A stretch of 45,031 bases of DNA from Chloroflexota bacterium (GTDB lineage: Bacteria > Chloroflexota > Limnocylindria > Limnocylindrales > CSP1-4), in contig JANNHX010000021.1 of the NCBI GenBank assembly GCA_031404615.1, positions 1-45,031 on the forward strand, in the 5' to 3' direction. The notes under the pieces were generated by a model, which saw nothing but the letters and a program-made list of their open reading frames with translations, made no database searches and was not told the origin of the DNA. Every line of letters begins with the position of its first letter. Position 1 is the first letter of the stretch. A program made the translations under genes and the position numbers. Of the stretch, positions 9,717-17,300 are shown piece after piece.

Positions 9717-10330
9717 GCCCCGGATCGCCCGTCGTCCGCTGGCTTGGGGCGCGGCGGCGCCAGCTCGGCGGCCCGCACGCCGCGCGCGGAGGCTTCCACC
9801 ACCGCGGCCAGCCGCTTCGCGCGCGTCTCGGGGCGCTTCGCCGTCATGATCCAGGCCGTGGCCGCACGCCGGTAGGTCATCGGCTGCGCCTCGAAGAACG
9901 CCCAGCCGCCGCCCGCCAGGATCGCCGAGACCGCAGCCGCGTCCAGCGCGTCCTCGCGCTCGTAGAGGTAGATCGCGGTCCGGTCCTCGCGTCGCGCCGC
10001 GAACGCCGCCTCGCCCGCGGGGAGCATCCGGCCCTCGGCCCGCAGCGCCTCGACCCGGGCGACGTTCCGGGCGCTCCAGACCGAGCCCGTGCGCCGCGGC
10101 GTGATCCGAATGCACGAGCCGTCGCCCGCGGGCATGCGCACGCTGTCGATCCAGCCGACGCACAGCACCTCGTCGACGATCTCGTGCCAGGTCACCGTGG
10201 GGAGCCCGGTCGCCTTCGGGCGCATGCCGATCCAGGCGTCGTCGGCGGTGGCGTGGTGCTCGGCGAGCCAGGCCCGGAGCTCCTCGGGCGAGGCGAACCA
10301 CGCGATGTCGTGAGGTTCGAGGCGGGCCAC
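9713..10330 (-). CDS. YdeI/OmpD-associated family protein
   Basis: FASPEELRAWLAEHH...WIGM..K......VTWHEIVDEVLCVGWIDSVR, with a C-terminal AKRPETRAKRL, are typical of this family. GTG at 10330 (VARLEPHDIAWF) fits where the homology begins. Confidence 0.7.
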   Translation of the reverse strand: MARLEPHDIAWFASPEELRAWLAEHHATADDAWIGMRPKATGLPTVTWHEIVDEVLCVGWIDSVRMPAGDGSCIRITPRRTGSVWSARNVARVEALRAEGRMLPAGEAAFAARREDRTAIYLYEREDALDAAAVSAILAGGGWAFFEAQPMTYRRAATAWIMTAKRPETRAKRLAAVVEASARGVRAAELAPPRPKPADDGRSGA

Positions 10331-10572
10331 TCGGCGAAGTCTACCGGGGACCCGTTCCCTCGCGTACGCCTCTTCCCCTCGCGTACGCCTCCACGTCGTG
10401 GTGGGGGCACCGACGGCGGCCGCCCAGCCCGGATCCTTCTCGGGTACCACCCGGAGGCGTAGGCGAGCCCGTTCGCGGGCGATGCCGCCTCTACCACCAT
10501 GCCGAGGCGTACCTGAGGAAGGAGCGGTCGGGCCTCGGCGCGTTGCACCGGGCGGGCCTAGACTTGGTCAGG

Positions 10573-11184
10573 ATGACCCGTGACGAGCTGATCCTCCGCA
10601 CCCGCCAGCTGATCGCCGAGGGCGAGCGCCTCGCCGCGGCCCCGTCGCTGACCGCGCTCCAGACCTGGCTCCAGCTCTCCGACGACCTCCTCGCGACCGC
10701 CTGGGGCTCGATGGACCGCTACCACCTCGCGTGGCTCATGGTGGGCAAGCCGAAGGGCATCGTCCGCGGCCGGCCGATGACGCCCGGGGAGGAGGCGGCC
10801 TACGTGCGTGAGGTCGCGGGGCAGAAGACGGCCGCGCTGCGCATGAGCCTGGACGCCGTCGAGCGCCAGGGGATGCCGTTCCGTGGCGAGACGGGGGGCA
10901 TCGGGCCCGGCCAGGGCATGGGTGCGGTCCCCGGCACGGTCGACAACGGCGTGGGCCTCGACGACGGCGCCGCAGCAGACGGCGGGGCCGCAGCAGACGG
11001 CGGGGCCGCGGCCGATCCCGGCGCCGAGGCCGTCCGCCACGCCCACAACGCGCAGGGCTCGCGCCGCTCGATCCCGCTCGACCCCGAGCTCGCAACCCGC
11101 CTCGAGGCCGCCCGCCGTGCCGCCGCCGAGCATCCCGAACATGGCGCGCCCCGGGCCCCGCGCCCCGAGCGCCTTCAACGCTGA
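10573..11184 (+). CDS. Hypothetical protein with an internal GGAAAD repeat
   Basis: ORF with an ATG at 10573 (MTRDELILRTRQLIAEGERL...). The N-terminal half is helical; the C-terminal half is low-complexity. Start is uncertain (TTG at 10543 opens the track ORF). Confidence 0.5.
   Translation: MTRDELILRTRQLIAEGERLAAAPSLTALQTWLQLSDDLLATAWGSMDRYHLAWLMVGKPKGIVRGRPMTPGEEAAYVREVAGQKTAALRMSLDAVERQGMPFRGETGGIGPGQGMGAVPGTVDNGVGLDDGAAADGGAAADGGAAADPGAEAVRHAHNAQGSRRSIPLDPELATRLEAARRAAAEHPEHGAPRAPRPERLQR
10963..11016 (+). repeat. 18-bp in-frame tandem repeat x3
   Basis: gacggcgccgcagcagac / ggcggggccgcagcagac / ggcggggccgcggccgat, encoding DGAAAD-GGAAAD-GGAAAD. Confidence 0.9.
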
Positions 11185-11251
11185 ACCCGAGTCCCCCGAC
11201 GTGACCGCCGCCCCCGGCACCCTCCGCGACGACCGCCCGCGCACGACGGCG

Positions 11252-12189
11252 ATGGGCGGCCAGCGCGACATCCCGCTTCCGGACCCGATCGCGCGCGACT
11301 GCCTGCTCCTCGCGCTGCGACTCGACCAGCACGTCCCCGGGACCGTCGACGGCTACTTCGGCCCGGCCGACCTCAAGGCGCAGGTCGACGTGGAGCAGCT
11401 CCGGCCGCCGGCCCGCCTCGCGCAGGACGCCGCGCAGCTCCGTGCCCGCCTCACGGCCGAGGTCCACGAGCGCGACCGCCGGCACTGGCTGGACCTCCAG
11501 CTCGTGGCGCTCGAGACGCTTGCCGGGTCCGGGCCGGCGAGCCGATGTCGTACCTCGACCAGGTCCGCCGGTGCTTTGCCCACACGCCGGTCCGCCGTCC
11601 GCTCGAGCGGTTCGAGGCCGCCGCCGCCCGCCTTGACGTGTACCTGCCCGGATCAGGCTCGATCAACGCGCGGCTCGCCGCCGACGACGAGGGCTGGACG
11701 GTGCCACCGGAGCGCATCGCCGGCGTGCTGGACGTGCTGGTGGCGCGGTTCCGCGCGCGCGCCGCAACGCTGTTCGGCCTGCCGGAGCACGAGCAGCTCC
11801 GGATGGGCCTCGTCCGCGACCAGCCCTGGACCGGCTACAGCTTCATCGAGCACTCGCTCTGGCGGACCTACGTCTTCGTGTACTCCGAGGGCGAGACGCT
11901 GCTCCGGCGCTGGCTGGTGCAGGTGCCGCCGGAGGATCGTGCCGACCGGTTCGGCCGGCTTCTGTGCGAGCCCCTCACGCCGCCCGCGATCGAGGCGGAG
12001 ATCGCCGCCTCGGGCTGTCGCCGGGTCAGGAGGCCGCGGGCGCCGCCTTGTACGTGGTGGAGACCGCCTTGCCGTCCGCGGGGATCAGGTAGCAGGTCAT
12101 CTGCCGGTCGCCCTTGCCCCAGCCCTCCGACGTCGGCGAGAAGTACCCGAGATCGATGTCCGTGGCCGCCTCGAAGTCCTTGCCGGTGA
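11252..12189 (+). pseudogene. Conserved hypothetical gene with a broken reading frame (possibly DUF885-like, low certainty)
   Basis: The N-terminal part (MGGQRDIPLPDPIARDCLLLALRLDQHVPGTVDGYFGPADLKAQV...LVALETLAG) is in frame 2. The sequence continues sensibly in frame 1 (GEPMSYLDQVRRCFAHTPVRRPLERFEAAAARLDVYLPG...). The switch lies in gccgggtccgggccggcg at about 11525-11541. The 3' end is uncertain because the in-frame stop at 12189 would overlap the convergent lipoprotein gene by about 160 nt. Confidence 0.5.
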
Positions 12190-12478
12190 AGGCCTGGAAC
12201 GTTCCGTCGACGCAGGTCGTCTGCACCCACGCCTTGAACTGATCCTCGGTCGGGTAGGTGTCGGCGCTCGGGTACTCGCCCGAGAAGATCACCTCGCCGG
12301 TGTGCGGCTCGGTGCACGGCGCACGCTGGACGTCCTCGATGGTCTCGCCCTCGGGCTCGACAAAGCAGTCGCCGACCCCGAGGGTCGCGGCGCTCAGGCT
12401 CAGCCGGTCACAGGCGGCGAGCGTCAGGATGGGCAGCAGCAGGATCAGCATCCATGCGGCGGTGCGCTTCACGGTCAT
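12026..12478 (-). CDS. Lipoprotein with a septum-formation-like Cys/His domain
   Basis: MTVKRTAAWMLILLLPILTLAAC is a signal peptide plus lipobox. The mature part carries GDCF...APCTEPHTGEV and TTCV...MTCY, resembling the actinobacterial septum formation domain. The longer ORF upstream is Arg/Gly junk. Confidence 0.7.
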   Translation of the reverse strand: MTVKRTAAWMLILLLPILTLAACDRLSLSAATLGVGDCFVEPEGETIEDVQRAPCTEPHTGEVIFSGEYPSADTYPTEDQFKAWVQTTCVDGTFQAFTGKDFEAATDIDLGYFSPTSEGWGKGDRQMTCYLIPADGKAVSTTYKAAPAAS

Positions 12479-12545
12479 CCTCCCGGTGGCGCGGCCGATC
12501 CCGCGCGTCAGGGCGCCAGTATCAGGCCCCGCTTGGCCGGGCGCA

Positions 12546-12564
12546 CCCCCCGCGCGCAGGGGGG
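12546..12564 (-). terminator. GC stem-loop just downstream of the membrane-protein gene
   Basis: CCCCCC-gcgcgca-GGGGGG lies 4 nt beyond the stop at 12568. No clear U-tract. Confidence 0.3.
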
Positions 12565-12567
12565 ACC

Positions 12568-13128
12568 TCAGCGCGCGCGCAGCGCCGCTACTCCGGCCGC
12601 GACGACCAGGCACAGGATCGCGACCACGCCGTATCGCTGGGCCACGTAGTCCAGGAGCCCCAGCACGCCACCCTGCACCAGCGCGTAGACCCAGTCCACG
12701 AGCATCCCGCCGACGACGGTCCAGGCGCCCAGGATCGCCCCGACCGCGACACGCTTCGTCGCGATCGGGAGGGCGTCGCGGCCCCACCAGACGAGCGCGA
12801 GGGCCGTGATCCAGCCGGTGAACGCGCCGACCGCGACCAGCCCGATGCCGAGGTTCAGCAGGCCGAGCAGGAAGAACAGGACCGCGCCGGCATCGGCGAC
12901 GAGGACCGCCGCGATGATCGCCCGCGAGCGCCGTGGCTCAGGGCCGGAGCGCCGTGGCCCAGGGCCGGAGCGCCGCGGCCCCGTGCCGGAGCCCCCGGAG
13001 CCCCCGGAGCCGGCGCCGGAGCCCCCGGTCCCCGTGCCGTACCGCTCGCCCGGCGCGCGGTCCAGCGGGCGACGATCTCCGCCGACGGGCGGTTGGGCGC
13101 GAGGGTCGATCGGCTGGGGTTCGCTCAC
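12568..13128 (-). CDS. Integral membrane protein (about 4 TM) with a repetitive Gly/Arg/Pro N-terminal tail
   Basis: GTG start at 13128. The C-terminal 110 aa form four hydrophobic segments (IIAAVLVADAGAVLFFLLGLL, IGLVAVGAFTGWITALALVWW, and others). Confidence 0.65.
   Translation of the reverse strand: MSEPQPIDPRAQPPVGGDRRPLDRAPGERYGTGTGGSGAGSGGSGGSGTGPRRSGPGPRRSGPEPRRSRAIIAAVLVADAGAVLFFLLGLLNLGIGLVAVGAFTGWITALALVWWGRDALPIATKRVAVGAILGAWTVVGGMLVDWVYALVQGGVLGLLDYVAQRYGVVAILCLVVAAGVAALRAR
12928..13035 (-). repeat. 21-bp tandem repeat x3 followed by 9-bp repeats, in frame inside the membrane-protein gene
   Basis: gcgccgtggctcagggccgga / gcgccgtggcccagggccgga / gcgccgcggccccgtgccgga, then gcccccgga units. 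Encodes GPRRSGPGPRRSGPEPRRS and GSGGSGGSG. Confidence 0.85.
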
Positions 13129-13177
13129 AGCAAGATGCTACGCGCAGGCGTGCGACGAGGCGCTATCCTTCGGCATC

Positions 13178-13660
13178 GTGAGCCATCCGTCGCTTGGTCT
13201 TCCGCCGCGCAGCCTCCAGGCCGGGTTCCCGGACGCCGCCGCCCGCCTCCGCGTCAACCGCGCCGTCCTCGCCGTCCGCGCTCTCGAGGTGGCGGTCGAT
13301 GCCGACCCCACGATGCGCGACCGCTACGACGAGCTTGGCCTGCGCAACCTCCTGCGGGACGCCGAGGTCCACGTGGACCGCCTCGCGCTCTGCGTCGCGG
13401 GCAACGATCCGCACTGGCTCAAGCACTTCGCAGACGCCACCGCCACCGTCTTCCGCCGCCGGGGCGTGCCGATGGACGACGTCGTGTGCCTCATGGCCGG
13501 CCTGAAGGCTGCGGCCCGGGGCGTCCTGTCCGCCGAGGAGATGGTCCCGGCCGAGCTGGCGATCGACGAGGCGGCCACGGTCTACCACTGGTACCGCAGG
13601 CTCTCCGGCGACGCCCGCAAGAAGAACAGGATCGTCGACGCGATCTACAAGGGCATCTGA
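13178..13660 (+). CDS. Hypothetical all-alpha protein
   Basis: In-frame GTG at 13178 after the divergent gene. The sequence LRVNRAVLAVRALEVAVDADPTMRDRYDELGLRNLLRDAEVHVDRLA... looks helical. The stop lies 2 nt before the next ATG. Confidence 0.5.
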   Translation: MSHPSLGLPPRSLQAGFPDAAARLRVNRAVLAVRALEVAVDADPTMRDRYDELGLRNLLRDAEVHVDRLALCVAGNDPHWLKHFADATATVFRRRGVPMDDVVCLMAGLKAAARGVLSAEEMVPAELAIDEAATVYHWYRRLSGDARKKNRIVDAIYKGI

Positions 13661-13662
13661 CG

Positions 13663-13992
13663 ATGACGATCAAGTGGGTCATGCAGGACGCGCTGGTGAT
13701 GAACGGCGAGCCCTTCTGCTACGGCTCGCGCCTGACGGTCCGCCAGCTCCTGGAGCTGCGCGCGAACGGCTACACCGTCGTGGACCTGCTCAAGGATCAC
13801 CCAGAGCTCAAGCTCATGGGCATCGCGTCGGCCTACGCGTTCGCGGCCGAGCACAGGGATCGCTACGCGCAATTCTTCGAGACCGACGGGTCGCTCTCGG
13901 GACCCGGATACACGGACGCCGAGGCGGCGCTCCTCCCGGACTCGCTGCGGATCCCCGGCGTCGTGATCAAGCCGGCGGCCGTCACCGCCTGA
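13663..13992 (+). CDS. DUF433-like small DNA-binding (antitoxin-like) protein
   Basis: MTIKWVMQDALVMNGEPFCYGSRLTVRQLLELRANGYTVVDLLKDHPELKLMGIASAYAF fits the DUF433 pattern (G.P...G.R..V..ll......G.s...l....P.L....i..Al.y). The C-terminal 35 aa are extra. Confidence 0.6.
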   Translation: MTIKWVMQDALVMNGEPFCYGSRLTVRQLLELRANGYTVVDLLKDHPELKLMGIASAYAFAAEHRDRYAQFFETDGSLSGPGYTDAEAALLPDSLRIPGVVIKPAAVTA

Positions 13993-13999
13993 TGCGGGT

Positions 14000-14494
14000 C
14001 TAGGCTCGCGCCGCCAGGTCCGCCGCAGCGGTGTTCGGCCCCGTCACCAGGACCTCACCCGACTGGTCGTCCGTGCCCGGCGTCCGGATCAGGTAGCCGT
14101 GGTGGATCTCCAGGTCCCCGGACGAGAGCGTCGACCCGACAGCGCAGTACCGGGTCGCCGACAGCTCGATGGCGCGGCGCACGGCCTGAGGGTCGATGTC
14201 CTCGCCGTCGACCACATGCAGGACGTCAAAGCGGATGAAGTTGTGCGGATGCTCCTCGACGCCGAGGCCGGTGACGCGGACCTCGTAGCCGGTGACGACC
14301 TGGCGCTTCTTGCGCAGGATCGAGATGACGTCCATGGCGCTGCACCCGCCGAGCGCCGCGCCCAGCAGCTCCGACGGGCGCGCCCCGCCGTCCGCGATGC
14401 CGTCGTCCATGACGATGGTGTGGCCGCTGCCCAGGTGGGCCTCGAGGCGCATGCCGTCCCCGACGAGGTTGATGGTGGCGGTCTTGGTGCTCAC
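14000..14494 (-). CDS. osmC: OsmC/Ohr-family peroxiredoxin-like protein
   Basis: GARPSELLGAALGGCSAMDVISILRKKR and ELSATRYCAVGSTL carry the two conserved Cys blocks of OsmC. GTG at 14494 overlaps the upstream TGA (GTGA). Confidence 0.8.
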   Translation of the reverse strand: MSTKTATINLVGDGMRLEAHLGSGHTIVMDDGIADGGARPSELLGAALGGCSAMDVISILRKKRQVVTGYEVRVTGLGVEEHPHNFIRFDVLHVVDGEDIDPQAVRRAIELSATRYCAVGSTLSSGDLEIHHGYLIRTPGTDDQSGEVLVTGPNTAAADLAARA

Positions 14495-14916
14495 TGGACG
14501 GGCTCCATGGTGGCGAACTGCTGCTCGACGACGCCCACCGCGCGGATCAGCCGTGCGCGGATCTCGTTGGCGATCTCGTCCACTCCGGCGTCGCCGACCA
14601 GCGCCAGGACGGCCCTCGGGTCCATCGCCTCCACCACGACCGCGGTGCCGTCCGTGCGGACGACAACGTTGCAGGGAAGGAGGGCCCCGATGGCGGGGTC
14701 CCGCGTGATCGCAAGGTTGGCGAAGGGTGGGTTGCACGCCCCCAGGATCAGGTAGGGGTCACGCTCGACGCCCAGCTTCGCGCGCAGGGTGGCCGCGACA
14801 TCGATCTCGGTCAGGACGCCGAAGCCCTCGCCTCGCAGGGCCGCGACCACGCCTTCGCGGACGTCGTCGAATGGGGCATCCACCCGGGTGCCGAAGGTGT
14901 AGCGGGCGTCGAACAT
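14491..14916 (-). CDS. DUF302 domain protein
   Basis: FGVLTEIDVAATLRAKLGVERDPYLILGACNPPFA...ALLPCNVVV is the DUF302 signature. ATG at 14916 is preceded by GAGGAG. Confidence 0.75.
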   Translation of the reverse strand: MFDARYTFGTRVDAPFDDVREGVVAALRGEGFGVLTEIDVAATLRAKLGVERDPYLILGACNPPFANLAITRDPAIGALLPCNVVVRTDGTAVVVEAMDPRAVLALVGDAGVDEIANEIRARLIRAVGVVEQQFATMEPVQ

Positions 14917-15054
14917 GGATCTCCTCGTGGGGGTTCGACGCCAATGGTGCACCTGGTTGCGTAGTTGCGCAAATAGGCGAAGTTTCCCGTTGGCAGCAGG
15001 TCGAAGGGCCCGCTTCCGGGTCATTCCCTAGTCCGGTGGTAGGATTTCCGGGCC

Positions 15055-15384
15055 ATGACCGACATCTCTCCTGACGCCCAGCCTGTGGACGCCGCGTTCG
15101 ACGCGCAGCGCCGTGCGACCGAGCTCGCGATCCTGGACGCGCTGCGTGCCGTCGTGGACCCCGAGATCGGAATGAACGTGGTGGAGCTCGCCCTGATCCG
15201 TCAGGTCCTGCTGGGCCCGGACGCGACCGAGATCAAGATGATCCTGACCACGCCGTTCTGCCCCTACGCCGGCGCGATGATCGCCCAGGTGAAGGAGCAG
15301 GCCGAGACGGTGGTCGATCACCCGGTCAAGGTCACCCTGCTGGCGGAGCGCTGGGACCCGCGCGACGCCGGCCTGATGTGGTGA
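15055..15384 (+). CDS. DUF59/MIP18-family Fe-S assembly protein (SufT/PaaD-like)
   Basis: ILDALRAVVDPEIGMNVVELALI...TTPFCPYAGAM is the canonical DUF59 motif with the conserved Cys. Confidence 0.8.
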   Translation: MTDISPDAQPVDAAFDAQRRATELAILDALRAVVDPEIGMNVVELALIRQVLLGPDATEIKMILTTPFCPYAGAMIAQVKEQAETVVDHPVKVTLLAERWDPRDAGLMW

Positions 15385-15421
15385 GCGCGGCCATCCTGCC
15401 GCGAGCCGCAGCCACCGCCCG

Positions 15422-16096
15422 ATGAGCGATCCCCGCATCGACTACGACTCCGCCGTGGCGACCGGTCGTGGCGACGACGGCACGACCGCGCTGCTGTTCG
15501 GCGGCGACCGCGTGAAGAAGGACGACCTCAGGACCGAGGCATATGGCGCCGTGGACGAGGCCGTCGCGGCCCTGGGCCTCGCACGCGCCGAGCTGTCCGT
15601 GAAGGCGGCCGACGGGTCGATCACCCCGCGGCTTGCGCGCCTCAACGAGCTGGTGCTGCGGATCCAGCGCGAGCTGTTCGTCGTCGGCGCGGAGCTGGCG
15701 ACCAACCCGGAGGCCCGCGACAAGGCCCGCGACGACGTGACCCGCGTCTCCGGGCGCATGGTCGATGGCATGGACGAGATGCTCCGCGAGGTGGAGGCGC
15801 AGATCGTCCTCCCGCAGGAGTTCGTCGTCCCGGGCGAGACGCGGCTCTCCGCTGGCCTGGAGATGGGTCGTACCGTGCTCCGGCGCGCGGAGCGCCGTGC
15901 CGTTACCCTTTCCTACCACGACGAGGGGTTGGCCGGAAGCCGGCTCCTCCCCTACCTGAACAGACTGGCCGACCTGCTGTGGGTCCTGGCGCGAGCCGCC
16001 GAGCAGGCCGAAGCCCATGCGGCAACCGTCGCCCGGCCCGAGCGCACGCGGGGCCTGCGCACCGGGACGGCGAAACCGGAAAGGAGCAACGAATGA
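15422..16096 (+). CDS. PduO-type ATP:cob(I)alamin adenosyltransferase
   Basis: GRGDDGTTALLFGGDRVKKDDLRTEAYGAVDE, RIQRELFVVGAELAT, FVVPGE, RTVLRRAERR and YLNRLADLLWVLAR match the PduO/MMAB family. Confidence 0.85.
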   Translation: MSDPRIDYDSAVATGRGDDGTTALLFGGDRVKKDDLRTEAYGAVDEAVAALGLARAELSVKAADGSITPRLARLNELVLRIQRELFVVGAELATNPEARDKARDDVTRVSGRMVDGMDEMLREVEAQIVLPQEFVVPGETRLSAGLEMGRTVLRRAERRAVTLSYHDEGLAGSRLLPYLNRLADLLWVLARAAEQAEAHAATVARPERTRGLRTGTAKPERSNE

Positions 16097-16806
16097 GCGG
16101 CACTCCCTACACGCCCGCACAGCTGGGCGTCCGCCCGGCGCCGGAGCTGGTCCAGAAGCTCCTGATCGGGGCGTTCGGCTGGATGTTCGCGGGTCTCCTG
16201 CTGTCCGCGGGCGTCGCCTACCTCGTCGGGTCCAGCACCCAGCTGTTGGCGTACGTCAGGAGTTTCTTTCTCCTGATCATCATCGCCCAGCTCGTCCTGG
16301 GCATCGGGATCCAGGTCCTGGTCAACAAGGTCTCGCCGACCATCTCGCTGATGCTCTTCTTCGTCTACGCGGCGTCGATGGGCCTCACGATCGGCGCGAT
16401 CGTCTGGTCCGTCATGCAGCAGGCCGGCGGCGCGCAGGCGGTCGCGTCCGCGTTCCTCTCGGCGGCCGGAATGTTCGCCGGGGCCGCGTTCTACGGCGCC
16501 GTCACCAAGCGTGACCTGACGAAGATGGGCGGCATCCTCGTGATGCTGATGATCGGGTTGTTCATCGCCATGGTGATCAACATCTTCCTGGCCTCGAGCG
16601 CATTCTCGTGGGTCATCTCGATCGTGGGCGTGCTCATCTTCACCGGGCTCACCGCCTGGGACGTCCAGAAGATCACCAACGGCACCTATGCCGCCTGGAC
16701 CGGCTCCATGGAGCGCGCCTCGATCATCGCGGCGCTCCACCTGTACCTGAACTTCATCAACCTGTTCCTGTTCATGCTCCGCATCTTCGGCGGCAGCCGG
16801 AACTAG
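16093..16806 (+). CDS. Bax-inhibitor-1/YccA-family membrane protein
   Basis: Seven hydrophobic segments. Family motifs FLSAAGMFAGAAFYGAVTKRDLTKMGGIL and IAALHLYLNFINLFLFMLRIFG. ATG at 16093 overlaps the previous TGA (ATGA) and is preceded by AAGGAG. GC content is visibly lower than in neighbouring genes. Confidence 0.85.
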   Translation: MSGTPYTPAQLGVRPAPELVQKLLIGAFGWMFAGLLLSAGVAYLVGSSTQLLAYVRSFFLLIIIAQLVLGIGIQVLVNKVSPTISLMLFFVYAASMGLTIGAIVWSVMQQAGGAQAVASAFLSAAGMFAGAAFYGAVTKRDLTKMGGILVMLMIGLFIAMVINIFLASSAFSWVISIVGVLIFTGLTAWDVQKITNGTYAAWTGSMERASIIAALHLYLNFINLFLFMLRIFGGSRN

Positions 16807-16820
16807 GTCTCAGATCGCCA

Positions 16821-16835
16821 GCCCGGACTCCGGGC
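16821..16835 (+). terminator. Short hairpin after the BI-1 gene
   Basis: GCCCGG-act-CCGGGC lies 15 nt after the stop. No U-tract. Confidence 0.25.
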
Positions 16836-17050
16836 CGGCGCCCGTCACGGGGTCGCGCGAGCGGCCCCGTTTCGATTCCCCGGGGCTGGGCGGCGGGTCC
16901 TGGGCTGGGCACGCACCCGCGGTTCCGCGGCGCGCGCCCAGCCTGGCCAGATACCGATGAGGTTCGTACCGGCGGGGGACCTGGCCATGCGCAGCCCGCG
17001 CTCCGCCTCCGCGTTTGCCGGTAGCCTTCGGACTCGGGGCGCCCGACCCG

Positions 17051-17281
17051 GCCACAGACCGATGGCATGCGGCGTAGGCCAGGTGCGGATGGCCGATCAC
17101 GCACCACATCGGTCGGTGGACAGGAAGTGCCGTGCCCAGGGCGGCCTACGACGCACCGCATCGGTCGGTGGCCAGGATGGGGTGCTGGCGCGGTGTTACC
17201 ACGCACCGCACCGTTGGGTGGCCAGGTACGGGGAGACCCGCCGCGGAACACCGACCCGCCGCGGAACACCGACCCGCCGCG
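17051..17281. repeat. Intergenic repeat array: one inverted plus three direct copies of a roughly 26-nt element, then an 18-bp tandem repeat
   Basis: Direct copies: acgcaccacatcggtcggtggacagg (17099-17124), acgcaccgcatcggtcggtggccagg (17151-17176), acgcaccgcaccgttgggtggccagg (17201-17226). A partial inverted copy ccacagaccgatggcatgcggcg lies at about 17051-17073. Then acccgccgcggaacaccg x2.5 (17236-17281). The array sits between two convergent genes. Confidence 0.8.
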
Positions 17282-17300
17282 CCTCCGCAGAACCGACCGC

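Noticed and set aside
16850-16900. tRNA-like T-loop string gtttcgattcccc.
   Set aside because: No complementary T-stem, acceptor stem or anticodon arm can be drawn on either strand, so it is not a tRNA or a convincing tRNA fragment.
17099-17226. Possible miniature CRISPR array (repeats of about 26 nt with spacers of about 25 nt).
   Set aside because: There are only three copies, which differ at several positions. An inverted copy lies upstream. The spacers are short, and no cas genes or leader are present in the window. A REP-like element fits better.
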